Positions 1 to 10,009 of a stretch of DNA of 64,000 nt are shown piece after piece (position 1 is the first letter of the stretch; each line of letters starts with the position of its first letter). The notes beneath the pieces are model-generated. The model was given only the letters and a program-made list of their open reading frames with translations, made no database searches and was not told the origin of the DNA. A program made the position numbers and the translations under genes. The DNA is taken from positions 1,152,001 through 1,216,000 of the forward strand of contig CAWCUS010000006.1 in the NCBI GenBank assembly GCA_963798845.1, given 5' to 3'. Source of the DNA: an uncultured Gemmatimonadales bacterium. Its GTDB lineage: Bacteria; Gemmatimonadota; Gemmatimonadetes; Longimicrobiales; RSA9.

Positions 1-477
1 GGTGGGATTCTGCGGGTTGGTGACCACCACCAGGCGGGTGCCTGGCACCACCCCTTCCGCCAGGTCCGCGGGGTCGGGTTGCCAGCCGTTCTCCTCACGC
101 AGCGGGATCGAGCGGGCGCGGGCGCCCAGGGACGCGGCGAGACCGGGCAGCTGCATGTACGTGGGCGTCAGCACGGCCACGTCGTCGCCCGGCTCCACCA
201 GCCGCCACGCGACGACGAAGTTCGCTTCGGCGCTCCCGTTCGTCACCACCACCTGCTCCGCCGTGGCGCCCGGGTACAGCGCAGCGATCCGCGCGCGCAG
301 CGTCGGCGTGCCGTTGGAGTGGCCGTAGCCCAGCGGCGTGTCCAGCGCCGCTTCCGTCTCGCCGGCCAGCGACAGCAGCTCCCGGAGCGACAGCGGATGC
401 ACGCCGCTCTCACTCAGGTTCCACCGCACTGTGTTCTCGTGGTGGGACTGCCAGCGCTCCATGGCGAACGGCTCCAT
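1..477 (-). CDS. PLP-dependent aminotransferase class I/II (5' part; runs off window edge)
   Basis: Manual translation of the minus strand from ATG 477 (GGAGAG RBS): MEPFAMERWQSHHENTVRWNLSESGV...YGHSNGTPTLRARIA...VVVTNGSAEAN...LVVVTNPQNPT; not in the ORF track. Confidence 0.85.
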   Translation of the reverse strand, partial: MEPFAMERWQSHHENTVRWNLSESGVHPLSLRELLSLAGETEAALDTPLGYGHSNGTPTLRARIAALYPGATAEQVVVTNGSAEANFVVAWRLVEPGDDVAVLTPTYMQLPGLAASLGARARSIPLREENGWQPDPADLAEGVVPGTRLVVVTNPQNPT

Positions 478-678
478 CGCGACTCTCTCCAGACCGGGGC
501 TTCCTTCGCTCGGCCGCAACGTATGGCCGCCCGACGTCCCGGTCCACCCGCTCGCCCGCACGGCGGATGCCGACCCCGCCCCCTGTCACCCGGCGGGCCG
601 CGCGCCTACCTTTCGTGCCCGTCCCTCGCCCGTGCGGGGAGGCGACCGAAGATGCACCCAGGAGCGAGCGGAGGCCCG

Positions 679-1887
679 ATGGATGTGACTCTCCCCAATG
701 CAGTCGTCGAGCGGAACGGCGGCAAGATCGTCTACCTGGTCATGGACGGCCTCGGCGGGCTCCCGAGCGAGGAAACGGGCCGGACCGAGCTGGAGACGGC
801 GAATACGCCGAACCTGGACCGGCTGGCCCGGACGTCTGCGCTCGGGCTCATCACGCCGGTGGCTCCGGGGATCGCCCCGGGCAGCGGACCCGGGCACCTG
901 GCGCTCTTCGGGTACGACCCGGTCCGCTACAACATCGGTCGCGGCGTGCTGAGCGCTCTGGGCGTGGACTTCCACCTCCAGCACGGCGACCTGGCCGCGC
1001 GCCTGAACCTGGCCACGTTCGATGAGGACCGTAAGATCGTGGACCGGCGGGCGGGGCGGCCCTCGGACGGGGAGAACGCGCGCCTCGTCGCCCGGCTGCG
1101 GGGGGCCGTCAGCCAGGTGGGCGGGGTGGAGGTGTTCTGGGAATCGGAGAAGGAGCACCGGGTGGTCCTCGTGCTCCGAGGAGCGAACCTCTCCGAGGAC
1201 CTGACGGACACCGACCCCCAGGAGACGGGCGTGCCGGCGCTGCCGCTCGCGGCCACGTCACCGGACGGGGAGCGAACCGTGCGCGCCGTGGAGATGGTGC
1301 TCGATCGGGCCAACGAGGTGCTCAGCGACGAGCCGGTGGCCAACGGCGTGCTCGCCCGGGGCTTCGCCAACTTCCACCGCTACCCGTCCATCTCGGAGCG
1401 CTTCGGCCTGCGTCCCGTGTGCATCGCCCGCTATCCCATGTACCGCGGCGTGTCGCGGCTCCTGGGGATGGACATCGCCGACGCCGCCGAGACCGACGCC
1501 GGCAGCATCGACGTGCTCGCCCGCGAGATGGAGACGCACGACTTCGCCTTCGTCCACTTCAAGTACACGGACAGCCGGGGCGAGGACGGCGACTTCGACG
1601 CGAAGGTGGCCGCGATCGAGGCCGTGGACGCGCTCGTCGCCCGCGTCGAGGCGCTGGAGCCGGATGTCATCGTCGTCACCGGCGACCACTCCACGCCGTC
1701 GCGGCTGAAGGCCCACTCGTGGCACCCGGTGCCGGTGCTCATCGCCTCCCCCTGGTGCCGCCCCGCCGACGTCGACGGCTTCGGCGAGCGCGCGTGCATG
1801 CGCGGAGAGCTGGGCATCTTCGAGGCGAAGCACCTCATGACGCTGGCGCTGGCCCACGCCCGCCGGCTGGCCAAGTTCGGCGCATGA
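679..1887 (+). CDS. apgM: 2,3-bisphosphoglycerate-independent phosphoglycerate mutase (ApgM/archaeal type)
   Basis: KIVYLVMDGLGGLP, TPNLDRLA, PGSGPGHLALFGYDP, VTGDHSTP, HSWHPVP motifs; GGAGG RBS before ATG 679. Confidence 0.9.
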   Translation: MDVTLPNAVVERNGGKIVYLVMDGLGGLPSEETGRTELETANTPNLDRLARTSALGLITPVAPGIAPGSGPGHLALFGYDPVRYNIGRGVLSALGVDFHLQHGDLAARLNLATFDEDRKIVDRRAGRPSDGENARLVARLRGAVSQVGGVEVFWESEKEHRVVLVLRGANLSEDLTDTDPQETGVPALPLAATSPDGERTVRAVEMVLDRANEVLSDEPVANGVLARGFANFHRYPSISERFGLRPVCIARYPMYRGVSRLLGMDIADAAETDAGSIDVLAREMETHDFAFVHFKYTDSRGEDGDFDAKVAAIEAVDALVARVEALEPDVIVVTGDHSTPSRLKAHSWHPVPVLIASPWCRPADVDGFGERACMRGELGIFEAKHLMTLALAHARRLAKFGA

Positions 1888-2774
1888 GCGGCGGCGACAA
1901 CGGCGGCGGCGAGCTCGCCTCCCCGGGACCGGCCGCGGACGTCGAGGCGGTGCTCGCCCGCGCCCTCGAGCTCGGCGAGGACGGCCTCTGGGAGGAGATG
2001 GCCCAGCTGCTCGCCGACGCCCTCGACCGCGAGGAGGACGACCCGCACCTCCTGTGCTGGCTCGCCGTGGCCGAGAGCGAGCTCGGGAACGACGGCGCAG
2101 CGTACGAAGGATTCCGCCGGTGCGTCGACCTGGAGCCCACCGACCCCGTCGTGCTCTCCCTCGCCGGCGCCGGGCTCGCCGAGTTCGACGACCCCGACGC
2201 CGAGACCGCCCTCCGCGCCGCCGCCCTCTCCGCGCCCGACCTTCCCCTCGCGCACCTCAATTACGGCGCGTTCCTTTCCAGGAGCGGGATGTTCCACGAG
2301 GCGCTCGACCAGCTGCGAGCCGCCCGTGAGCTGACGCCCGAAGACCCCATCGTTCGAGCCGAGCTCGGCGCCGCCCACGTCCTGCGCGGCGCGCCGGAAG
2401 AGGCGCTCGACCATTTCGAGGAGGCTCTCGCCCTCGCCCCCGACGACTCCTGGACCCGCCTCCTCTACGGCCTCGTGCTCTCCGATCTCGAGCGCATGGA
2501 GGACGCCGCAGAAGAGATCGTGCGCGCGGCGCGCGAACGCGACGAGGATGGCGAGGCGATCCTCATCGGTGCTCTCGCCGCCGCCAGCGCCGGGTGGGAG
2601 GACGCGGCCGAGGACCTCCTGGCGCGGGCCGAGTACGCCCTCGAGGGCGCGGACGTGAAGATGGTCGAAGAGGCGGAGAGCGCGGTACGATCGGGCGCCG
2701 ACGCCGCAGGTCGCCTGCTGCGCACGAGCATCGGTCCCTCGGTGCTCCGGGAGCGTCTGGCGCAGCCGCTCTGA
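1884..2774 (+). CDS. Tetratricopeptide-repeat protein
   Basis: ATGA overlap with apgM; repeated helical TPR-like units (AHLNYGAFL, ALDHFEEALALAPDD). Confidence 0.75.
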   Translation: MSGGDNGGGELASPGPAADVEAVLARALELGEDGLWEEMAQLLADALDREEDDPHLLCWLAVAESELGNDGAAYEGFRRCVDLEPTDPVVLSLAGAGLAEFDDPDAETALRAAALSAPDLPLAHLNYGAFLSRSGMFHEALDQLRAARELTPEDPIVRAELGAAHVLRGAPEEALDHFEEALALAPDDSWTRLLYGLVLSDLERMEDAAEEIVRAARERDEDGEAILIGALAAASAGWEDAAEDLLARAEYALEGADVKMVEEAESAVRSGADAAGRLLRTSIGPSVLRERLAQPL

Positions 2775-2913
2775 GGCTGCCGGCCGGGCCGGCGGTACGA
2801 CGCCGCGGCGGACCGCGGCAACGTCGCAGCCTGAACCGTATTCCCGCATGTGCTCGCGCGAACAAAGTCCGGCATGAGCCATGCACGCCAGGCCGGTGGA
2901 AGATCGAAGGTGA

Positions 2914-2946
2914 GGGGGCTCGATGATTCGGGCCCCTTTTTCTTTT
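2914..2946 (+). terminator. Intrinsic terminator candidate
   Basis: GGGGCTCGA-TGAT-TCGGGCCCC stem-loop followed by TTTTTCTTTT. Confidence 0.55.
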
Positions 2947-2964
2947 GAAGAGGGACGATGACGT

Positions 2965-3360
2965 ATGCGCCGATACACGATGAAAGCTGCCATAGGCGCC
3001 CTCCTCCTTGCCGGGAGCATGGGTGGCTGTGCGTCGCTCACCAGCGGGAAGGACGAGCCGGCTCCCGCGACCAGCGCGAATGGCGTGGCCGTGGTAGTGG
3101 AGAACGACAACTGGCAGGACGCGAACATCTTCGCGGTGGGTGCGGGCCCGAGGGTCCGGCTGGGGACGGTGAGCAGCATGGACACGGAGCGCTTCACCGT
3201 TCCGCCCGGCGCCATGCGGCCCGGGTCGGTGCAGCTGCGGGCGGAGCTGATCGGCTCGAACGCGGCACGGACCACGGACGAGATCCTGGTGCACCCGGGG
3301 GACGCGGTGTACTGGACGCTCCAGAACTACCTCCCGCTGTCCAGCTACGCGGTCCGCTGA
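2965..3360 (+). CDS. Hypothetical lipoprotein
   Basis: Basic N-terminus, hydrophobic stretch and lipobox-like MGGC; start could be 2980. Confidence 0.7.
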   Translation: MRRYTMKAAIGALLLAGSMGGCASLTSGKDEPAPATSANGVAVVVENDNWQDANIFAVGAGPRVRLGTVSSMDTERFTVPPGAMRPGSVQLRAELIGSNAARTTDEILVHPGDAVYWTLQNYLPLSSYAVR

Positions 3361-3526
3361 GGCCAGGAGGCGGGAGGGCCGGATGGGCGTTGGCCGCTGA
3401 AGGCCGGAGGCCGGCCCCGGAGGTGCGGGGCCGGCTCATCGCGTCCGCTCATCCCGCGGGTTGCCCACGGGCGCGCTCGACGCCTACGTTCCCGCCTCGT
3501 CGAGATCTTCCCCTCGAGGCGCTGCA

Positions 3527-4801
3527 ATGATCGAAATCCCGTTCTCGCGGCACAGGCTGGACAACGGCCTGGAGGTGGTGCTGTCGCCGGACCCCGGCGC
3601 ACCCGTCGTGGCGGTGAACCTCTGGTATCGCGTCGGCTCCCGGGACGAGCGCCCGGGGCGGACCGGCTTCGCCCACCTGTTCGAGCACATGATGTTCCAG
3701 GGCTCCGGGCACGTCCCGGAGGCGGGGCACTTCGCGTTCATCGAGCGGGCGGGAGGGTCGCTGAACGGCTCCACCTGGCTGGATCGGACGAACTACTTCG
3801 AGACGCTGCCGTCGAACTACCTGGACCTGGGTCTCTGGCTGGAGTCGGACCGCCTGGGCTGGCTGCTGGACGCGATGACCCAGGAGAAGCTGGACAACCA
3901 GCGGGACGTGGTGAAGAACGAGCGCCGCTGGCGAGTGGACAACCAGCCTTACGGCGACTGGGACGAGCAGCTCCAGGAGATGGTCTACCCTCGGGACCAC
4001 CCCTACCACCACTCCGTGATCGGATCGATGGAGGACCTGGACGCCGCCTCGCTCGAGGACGTCGAAGCCTTCTTCCGGACGTACTACCGGCCCCGCAACG
4101 CCGTCCTCACCGTGTGCGGCGACATCGACGAGGAGCACGCCCTCGACCGCGTCCGGTACTTCTTCGACGACCTCCCTGCCGGCGAGCCCGTGCCGCCGAT
4201 CCCCGGCCGAATCGACATTCCGACCACGCTGGAGGCCCCGGTCCGGAGGGTGCGTGCGCAGGATATCTCTCTCCCCCGGATCTACCGGGCCCACCGCACC
4301 CCGCCGTACGGGGAAGACGGCTGGTACGCGGCCGCGGTGGCGGCGCACGTGCTGGCGTGGGGGAAGGCTTCGCGCCTGGAGCGCCGCCTCGTTCGTGAGC
4401 GCCGTCTGGCCCAGGACGTGGCCGCGTTCGCATTCCCCGTCGTCGTGGGCGCGGCCATGCTCACGGTGTGGACCACCGCGCGGCCGGGCGTCGAGGTGGG
4501 CGTGCTGGAAGCCGCGCTCGACGAGGAGATGGCGGCGCTGTCCGGGGTCGGCGACGAGGAGGTCACACGCGCGATCCGGCTGATCGAGTCGCGCCAGATG
4601 CAGGAGCTGCAGCAGGCGGGCGAGCGGGCGGACCAGCTCTCCATGCACACCTGCCTGTTCGACGATCCGGGCCGGGTGAACACCGAGATCGAGCGCGTCC
4701 GGGCCGTACGGCCCGAGGACGTCCGCGCGGTGGCCGAGCGCCACCTGGGCGGGGAATCCGCCGCCACGCTGGTCTATGTGCCGGAAGGAGAGGTGGCATG
4801 A
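3527..4801 (+). CDS. M16 family zinc metallopeptidase, catalytic subunit
   Basis: LDNGL, WYRVGSRDE, GFAHLFEHMMFQGS (HxxEH), NGSTWLDRTNY. Confidence 0.93.
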   Translation: MIEIPFSRHRLDNGLEVVLSPDPGAPVVAVNLWYRVGSRDERPGRTGFAHLFEHMMFQGSGHVPEAGHFAFIERAGGSLNGSTWLDRTNYFETLPSNYLDLGLWLESDRLGWLLDAMTQEKLDNQRDVVKNERRWRVDNQPYGDWDEQLQEMVYPRDHPYHHSVIGSMEDLDAASLEDVEAFFRTYYRPRNAVLTVCGDIDEEHALDRVRYFFDDLPAGEPVPPIPGRIDIPTTLEAPVRRVRAQDISLPRIYRAHRTPPYGEDGWYAAAVAAHVLAWGKASRLERRLVRERRLAQDVAAFAFPVVVGAAMLTVWTTARPGVEVGVLEAALDEEMAALSGVGDEEVTRAIRLIESRQMQELQQAGERADQLSMHTCLFDDPGRVNTEIERVRAVRPEDVRAVAERHLGGESAATLVYVPEGEVA

Positions 4802-6177
4802 GCACGGAGCAGGCGCTGGATCGCGCGCGTCCCCCCGAGCCGGGACCGGTGAAGCCGTTCGATTTCCCGGCCGTGCACCGCGAGCGCCTCGGCGACGACC
4901 AGACGGCCGAGCTCGTGGTGGTGCCGTACGGAGACATGCCGCTGGTGACCGCCGAGGTGATCGTGCGGGGAGGGGCGGACGCGGAGCCGCCGGAGCTGGC
5001 CGGGGTCGCCCGCCTCACCGCGGAGGCGCTCGAGGGCGGCACCACCACCCGTGACGTCGACACTCTGGCGTGGGAGCTGGAGCGACTCGGCGTCGAGCTC
5101 GAGACCGCCGCCAGCTGGGACGCGGCGTCCATCGGCGTCACCGTGCACGCCGACCGCCTGGAACCCGCTCTGGCCCTCCTGGCCGACGTCGTCCGCAACC
5201 CCGGGTTCCCGGCCGACCAGGTCGATCGGCTCCGCGACGAGCAGCTGGCCGACATCCTCCAGCGCCGCAAGGAGCCGGGTGCCCTCGCGTCCGACGCCGC
5301 AGCCCGTTTCGTATTCGACGACGACGTCCCCTACGGACGCCCGCTCATCGGCCGCGAGGCGACCGTACGCGAGCTCGGGCCCGGGCAGCTGCGCGCTTTT
5401 CACCGCGATCGCTACGCCGCCGGCTCCGCCGCCATCATCCTCACCGGCCGCGTCCAGTCCGAGCGCGCCCGCGCGTTGGTGGACCAGCACTTCGGCGACT
5501 GGCGCGGCCCGGCCGCGCACTCCTCCGAGTTCCGCGTCCGGCCCCGCAGCGACGCGACCGTCGTGTACGTCGTCGATCGCCCCGGCTCCGTGCAGTCCGA
5601 GCTCCGCCTCGCCCACGTCGGCGTGGACCGCCGCACCGCCGACTACTTCCCGCTCGTGGTTATGAACACGATCCTCGGTGGCGCGTTCACCAGCCGGCTC
5701 AACATGAGCCTGCGCGAGCACCACGGCTTCACGTACGGCATCCGCAGCGGCTTCGCTTTCCGCCGCCGCGCCGGGCCCTTCACCGTGGACACCGCAGTCG
5801 CCACCGAAGTGACGGCGCCCGCCATCGAGGCCATCCTCCAGGAGGTCCGCCAGCTGCGCGAGGACGGCCCCACCGGCGACGAGCTCGATTCCGCCCGCGA
5901 CTACCTCCGGGGCGTGTTCCCGCTCCGGCTCGAGACCACTTCCGCCGTGGCCGCGCGCATAGCCGAGCTCGTCGTGTTCGGCCTCCCCGACGACTACTTC
6001 GCCCGCTACCGCGACCGCATCGCCGCCGTCTCCCGCGACGACGTCATGCGCGTGGCCAGCGAGGCCGTGCGCCCCGACCGCATGGCCGTGGTCGTGGTGG
6101 GCGACGCCGGTCGCGTCGCCGAGCCTCTGCAAAAGCTCGGGATCGGCCCCGTCCAGGTCCACCAGAACCTGGCGTGA
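4798..6177 (+). CDS. M16 family peptidase, non-catalytic partner subunit
   Basis: ATGA overlap; M16 fold motifs (NTILGGAFTSRLNMSLRE..GFTYG) without HxxEH. Confidence 0.88.
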   Translation: MSTEQALDRARPPEPGPVKPFDFPAVHRERLGDDQTAELVVVPYGDMPLVTAEVIVRGGADAEPPELAGVARLTAEALEGGTTTRDVDTLAWELERLGVELETAASWDAASIGVTVHADRLEPALALLADVVRNPGFPADQVDRLRDEQLADILQRRKEPGALASDAAARFVFDDDVPYGRPLIGREATVRELGPGQLRAFHRDRYAAGSAAIILTGRVQSERARALVDQHFGDWRGPAAHSSEFRVRPRSDATVVYVVDRPGSVQSELRLAHVGVDRRTADYFPLVVMNTILGGAFTSRLNMSLREHHGFTYGIRSGFAFRRRAGPFTVDTAVATEVTAPAIEAILQEVRQLREDGPTGDELDSARDYLRGVFPLRLETTSAVAARIAELVVFGLPDDYFARYRDRIAAVSRDDVMRVASEAVRPDRMAVVVVGDAGRVAEPLQKLGIGPVQVHQNLA

Positions 6178-6782
6178 ACGACCGCCCGCGCCTCGTCGAC
6201 GCTCGCCTCGCCTCCGAGCTCGGCGGCGAGAAGCCGTTCCAGATCGAATCCCGCCCCGTCCACGACGGGCCCATCGTCCACCTCGCCGTCGACACCGTGC
6301 GCTTCCCCGACGGCTCCACCGGCAGCCTCGAGCTCATCCGACACTCCGGCGCCGCCGCCGTCGTCCCCCTGCTCGGCGATCCCCGCGACGATGACCCCGA
6401 GATCGTGCTCGTCCGGCAGTTCCGCTACGCCGCCGGCGGCGACATCTACGAGATCCCGGCCGGGCGCCCCCACCACCCCGGCGAGCCGTGGACCGACGTC
6501 GCCGCGCGCGAGCTCGAGGAGGAGACCGGCTACGTCGCCGCCAAGATCACCCCACTCACCACCATCTACACGACGCCCGGCTTCACCGACGAGCGCATAC
6601 ACCTCTTCCTCGCCACGCGCCTCACCCCCGGCACCACGTCCTTCGACACCGACGAGTTCATGGAGACCGTGCGGATGCGCCGGGCCGAAGCACTGGAAGC
6701 CATCCGCGACGGCCGGATCATCGACGCCAAGTCCATTTGCGCCGTCCTCTATTTCGCGACCTTCGGGGCCGGCTCGGCCTGA
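6174..6782 (+). CDS. NUDIX hydrolase (ADP-ribose pyrophosphatase-like)
   Basis: GTGA overlap; LVRQFRY, EIPAG...AARELEEETGY Nudix box, TPGFTDE, DAKS. Confidence 0.9.
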   Translation: MNDRPRLVDARLASELGGEKPFQIESRPVHDGPIVHLAVDTVRFPDGSTGSLELIRHSGAAAVVPLLGDPRDDDPEIVLVRQFRYAAGGDIYEIPAGRPHHPGEPWTDVAARELEEETGYVAAKITPLTTIYTTPGFTDERIHLFLATRLTPGTTSFDTDEFMETVRMRRAEALEAIRDGRIIDAKSICAVLYFATFGAGSA

Positions 6783-6820
6783 CGCCCTCGCACGGAGCTC
6801 GGCCCTTCGTCCCAACGTCC

Positions 6821-7176
6821 CCGCGCCGCGAAGCCGCGCCCCCCCCGCGCCGCGAAGCCGCGCCCCCCCCGCGCCGCGAAGCGGCGCCCCCCCGCGCCGC
6901 GAAGCGGCGCCCCCCTGCGCCCGCGAAGCGGCGCCCCCCTGCGCCCGCGAAGCCGCGCCCCCCTGCGCCCGCGAAGCCGCGCCCCCCTGCGCCCGCGAAG
7001 CCGCGCCCCCCTGCGCCCGCGAAGCGGCGCCCCCCTGCGCCGCGAAGCGGCGCCCCCCTGCACCCGCGAAGCGGCGCCCCCTGCGCCGCGAAGCGGCGCC
7101 CCTCTGCGCCGCGAAGCGGCGCCCCTCTGCGCCGCGAAGCGGCGCCCCTCTGCGCCGCGAAGCGGCGCCCCTCTGC
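6821..7176. repeat. Tandem array of about 15 units of 22-24 bp, each containing GCGAAGC
   Basis: Units GCGC(C)CGCGAAGC(G/C)GCGCCCC(C/T)CT repeated with no unique spacers, just after the NUDIX stop codon. Confidence 0.92.
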
Positions 7177-7421
7177 GAGGCGCGGAGCGCCGAGCGCGCC
7201 GTTGTCCCTTTCCCGCCACTCCCCCTGTCCCCTCACGGTGACATTTTGGGACCGGTGCCGGCGCGGCGAAAAAGGCCTTATGTCATGTGGCCCAATACGT
7301 TGCGACCGGCGATGAGCCCTGGTCCGGTGTGTGCCCCCTCTGGGTCGCGGCCGCGGGCGGCTGTCCCGCGACCGGGGCCGGGCGGCGGCACCCGGCGGTG
7401 ATGCGGACCAGGAGGCGGGGC

Positions 7422-8054
7422 ATGGCACGAGCGCTACGGATCCGGGAGCCCGAGCGGAAGACGCGCGGGCAGGAGCTGGCGGAGCTGGACGACGCGGCAC
7501 TGGCGGCGGCGACGCTGAGCGGCGAGGCCCGTGCGTTCACCGCGCTGGCGGACCGCTACCACCTGCGGCTGCTGAACTTCATTCACCGCATGATCGGCGA
7601 TCGGGAGCGGGCGGAGGACCTGGTGCAGGAGACGTTCGTGCGCGTGTACCGGCACCTGCACCGCTACGACCAGAACCGGAAGTTCTCGACCTGGGCGTAC
7701 ACCATCGCCGGGAACCTGGCAAAGAACGAGCTGCGCAACCGGTCACGGAACCCGATGGTGCTGTTCCAGACCATCAAGAAGCACTGGGACGCGGACCATC
7801 GTCCGCTGGAGTGGGAGGACAACCGCTACCGCCCGGATGACATGTTCCGGAAGCGCGACCTGAGGGAGAAGGTGGAGCAGGTGGTGGCGCTGCTGCCGGA
7901 GCACCACCGCGAGGTTTTCGTTCTGCGCGAGCTCGAGGGGAAGAGCTACGAGGAGATCTCGGACATCACCGGCGTCAATCTCGGCACCGTGAAGAGCCGT
8001 CTGAACCGCGCGCGCAACGCGTTCGCCGAGAAGATCGCGCCGTACATGGAGTAG
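7422..8054 (+). CDS. ECF sigma-70 factor
   Basis: AEDLVQETFVRVY, FSTWAYTIAGN, region 4 SYEEISDITGVNLGTVKSRLNRAR; GGAGG RBS. Confidence 0.93.
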   Translation: MARALRIREPERKTRGQELAELDDAALAAATLSGEARAFTALADRYHLRLLNFIHRMIGDRERAEDLVQETFVRVYRHLHRYDQNRKFSTWAYTIAGNLAKNELRNRSRNPMVLFQTIKKHWDADHRPLEWEDNRYRPDDMFRKRDLREKVEQVVALLPEHHREVFVLRELEGKSYEEISDITGVNLGTVKSRLNRARNAFAEKIAPYME

Positions 8055-8176
8055 ACCCCTGCGCGCAGGGGGCGGGCGGTCCGCGCCAGCAGCATGGGCG
8101 CGGGCCGCCTTCGTCTTCCGGTGCGTCGCCCGACCGGGGCGGGAGTGGACCTGCCCGGGACCTCCGCGCCTGGCGA

Positions 8177-8224
8177 CGTCGCTCGCCGCACGCCCGTCGT
8201 CGCTCGCCGCACGCCCGTCGTCGC
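8177..8224. repeat. Short 21-bp tandem duplication
   Basis: CGTCGCTCGCCGCACGCCCGT twice plus a partial copy, between the sigma and anti-sigma genes. Confidence 0.6.
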
Positions 8225-8344
8225 CGCCGGTTCGCCTCCCATCCGCCCGCTCCGCCGATCTCCGTCGGTGGCGGAGCGGAACCTGCGGATTCCACCCGCT
8301 GTACCATCCGGCTGAGCGTCAGAAGCGACACGGGGCCAGTCTCA

Positions 8345-8989
8345 ATGACCTGTAGCGAGTTCCTGCGGAGATATTCGGACTACGACGACAGCCTGCTGTC
8401 GCCGGAGGAGAACGCCGCTTGCCGCGCCCACATGGCGGTGTGCGCATCCTGCGCGCGCTACGACCGGGTGCTGCGGAAGGGGCGGATGATCGCGCGACAG
8501 CTGCCCCACCCCGAGCCTTCGCGCGACTTCTTTCCATGCCTGCACGCGCGACTGGACGAAGTGCGGCGGCAGCGCCGCCAGGCGCGCGTGGGGGCCACGG
8601 GCACGCTGGCGGCGGCGACGGTGGTGCTGGCGGCGGTCGGCGGTCTCGGGCTGCTCCGCGGGGCGGAGCTCTCGGACGCAGCCACGGACGGCGGGTTCGG
8701 CGGGCGCGCCGTCGGGGCGCCCGTGCGTGGTGGTGGGGCGGGAGAACCCCTTCCGACGCTGGTCGGCCGCAGCGATGCCGCCTGGGCGGCGAACGTCGGG
8801 GAGTCGGCGCCGTTCCTGCGCCTGGCCCAGGAATCGACGCCGAGGCCGCGCGATTGGATGACGGTGAGGGTGGACCGGCCGGTCCGCGCCTCGTATTCTC
8901 CACTGGTCACGGGACCTCCGCTGTACCGCGCGCCGCCGGCGGGTTACACGGCGGGTGCCGCCGCCTCCACTGCGCGCGCCATCGACTGA
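8345..8989 (+). CDS. zf-HC2 (ZAS) anti-sigma factor
   Basis: N-terminal C...HMAVCASC (HxxxCxxC), one TM helix, downstream of the ECF sigma gene. Confidence 0.8.
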   Translation: MTCSEFLRRYSDYDDSLLSPEENAACRAHMAVCASCARYDRVLRKGRMIARQLPHPEPSRDFFPCLHARLDEVRRQRRQARVGATGTLAAATVVLAAVGGLGLLRGAELSDAATDGGFGGRAVGAPVRGGGAGEPLPTLVGRSDAAWAANVGESAPFLRLAQESTPRPRDWMTVRVDRPVRASYSPLVTGPPLYRAPPAGYTAGAAASTARAID

Positions 8990-8995
8990 AACGCA

Positions 8996-10009
8996 ATGCC
9001 GGCTCTGAGCCACGAACGTCTCTCCCGCACGCTCCAGGATGGAGCGCGGGGAGGCGTTTTTTTCTTGTATGGCGAGGAAGACCACCTGAAGGAAGCGGCG
9101 GCGCGCGAGCTGGTGGCCGCGCACCTCGACGCCGCCACCCGTGATTTCAACCTGGACGAGGTTCGGGGAACGGACGTCTCGCCGGAGACCCTCGCGTCGC
9201 TGATCCAGACGCCGCCGATGATGGCCGAGTGGCGTGTCGTGGTGGTGCGCGACGCGCAGGCGCTCGCCGTCAGCTCCACCGCCCGCTCGGTCCTGGAGCA
9301 GGCGACCGGGTCGCCGCCGCCCGGGCTGGCGCTCGTGCTCCTGGCGGACATCTCCGGCAGCAAGGCCAGGCTCTGGACGCAGGTCAAGAAGGATACCGTC
9401 GCGGTCGAGTTCCCCCGCCTCTCCGAAGGCGACATGCCCGGCTGGATGATGGCGTGGGCGGTCCGGGAAGGGATCGACCTGGACGCCGACGCCGCCCGGG
9501 CGGCGGCCGTGGCCGTGGGCCAGGACCTCGGCGCCGTCGTCCGCGAGCTGGAGAAGCTGCGGGAGTACGTCGGCGATCGGCGCCGGATCACGCGCGAGGA
9601 CGTGGAGGCCGTGGTCGGCGCCATCCCCCGCCAGGACCGCTGGAAGTGGATCGATGCGGTCGCCGAGCGCCGCTTCGACTACGCCCGTGCGGGGCTGCCG
9701 GTGCTCCTGGACGCGGGCGACAACGGAGTGGGCCTCGTCATCGGCCTCGCCAACCAGTTCCTCCGCCTGGCAATCTCTGCCACCGGCGGCAGGCGCGCAC
9801 TCGAGGCAGCGCTGCCCCCGCACCAGCGCTGGCTGGCCAGGCGGGTGGAGACGCAGGCGAAGCAGTGGACGCTCCAGTCCCTCGAAGAAGCGATCGAAGA
9901 CCTGCACCGCGCCGACCGCCTCCTGAAGTCCGCGCCCCTGTCCGACGCACAGATCATGGAGGAGCTCCTTCTCCGCCTCCAGCACCGCTCGGACAGGAGG
10001 GTCGCGTGA
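8996..10009 (+). CDS. holA: DNA polymerase III subunit delta
   Basis: FFLYGEEDHL, DFNLDEVRG, TPPMMAEWRVVVVRD, ELEKL motifs. Confidence 0.9.
   Translation: MPALSHERLSRTLQDGARGGVFFLYGEEDHLKEAAARELVAAHLDAATRDFNLDEVRGTDVSPETLASLIQTPPMMAEWRVVVVRDAQALAVSSTARSVLEQATGSPPPGLALVLLADISGSKARLWTQVKKDTVAVEFPRLSEGDMPGWMMAWAVREGIDLDADAARAAAVAVGQDLGAVVRELEKLREYVGDRRRITREDVEAVVGAIPRQDRWKWIDAVAERRFDYARAGLPVLLDAGDNGVGLVIGLANQFLRLAISATGGRRALEAALPPHQRWLARRVETQAKQWTLQSLEEAIEDLHRADRLLKSAPLSDAQIMEELLLRLQHRSDRRVA

Noticed and set aside
6821..7176. CRISPR array
   Set aside because: Units are contiguous with no unique spacers and there are no cas genes.
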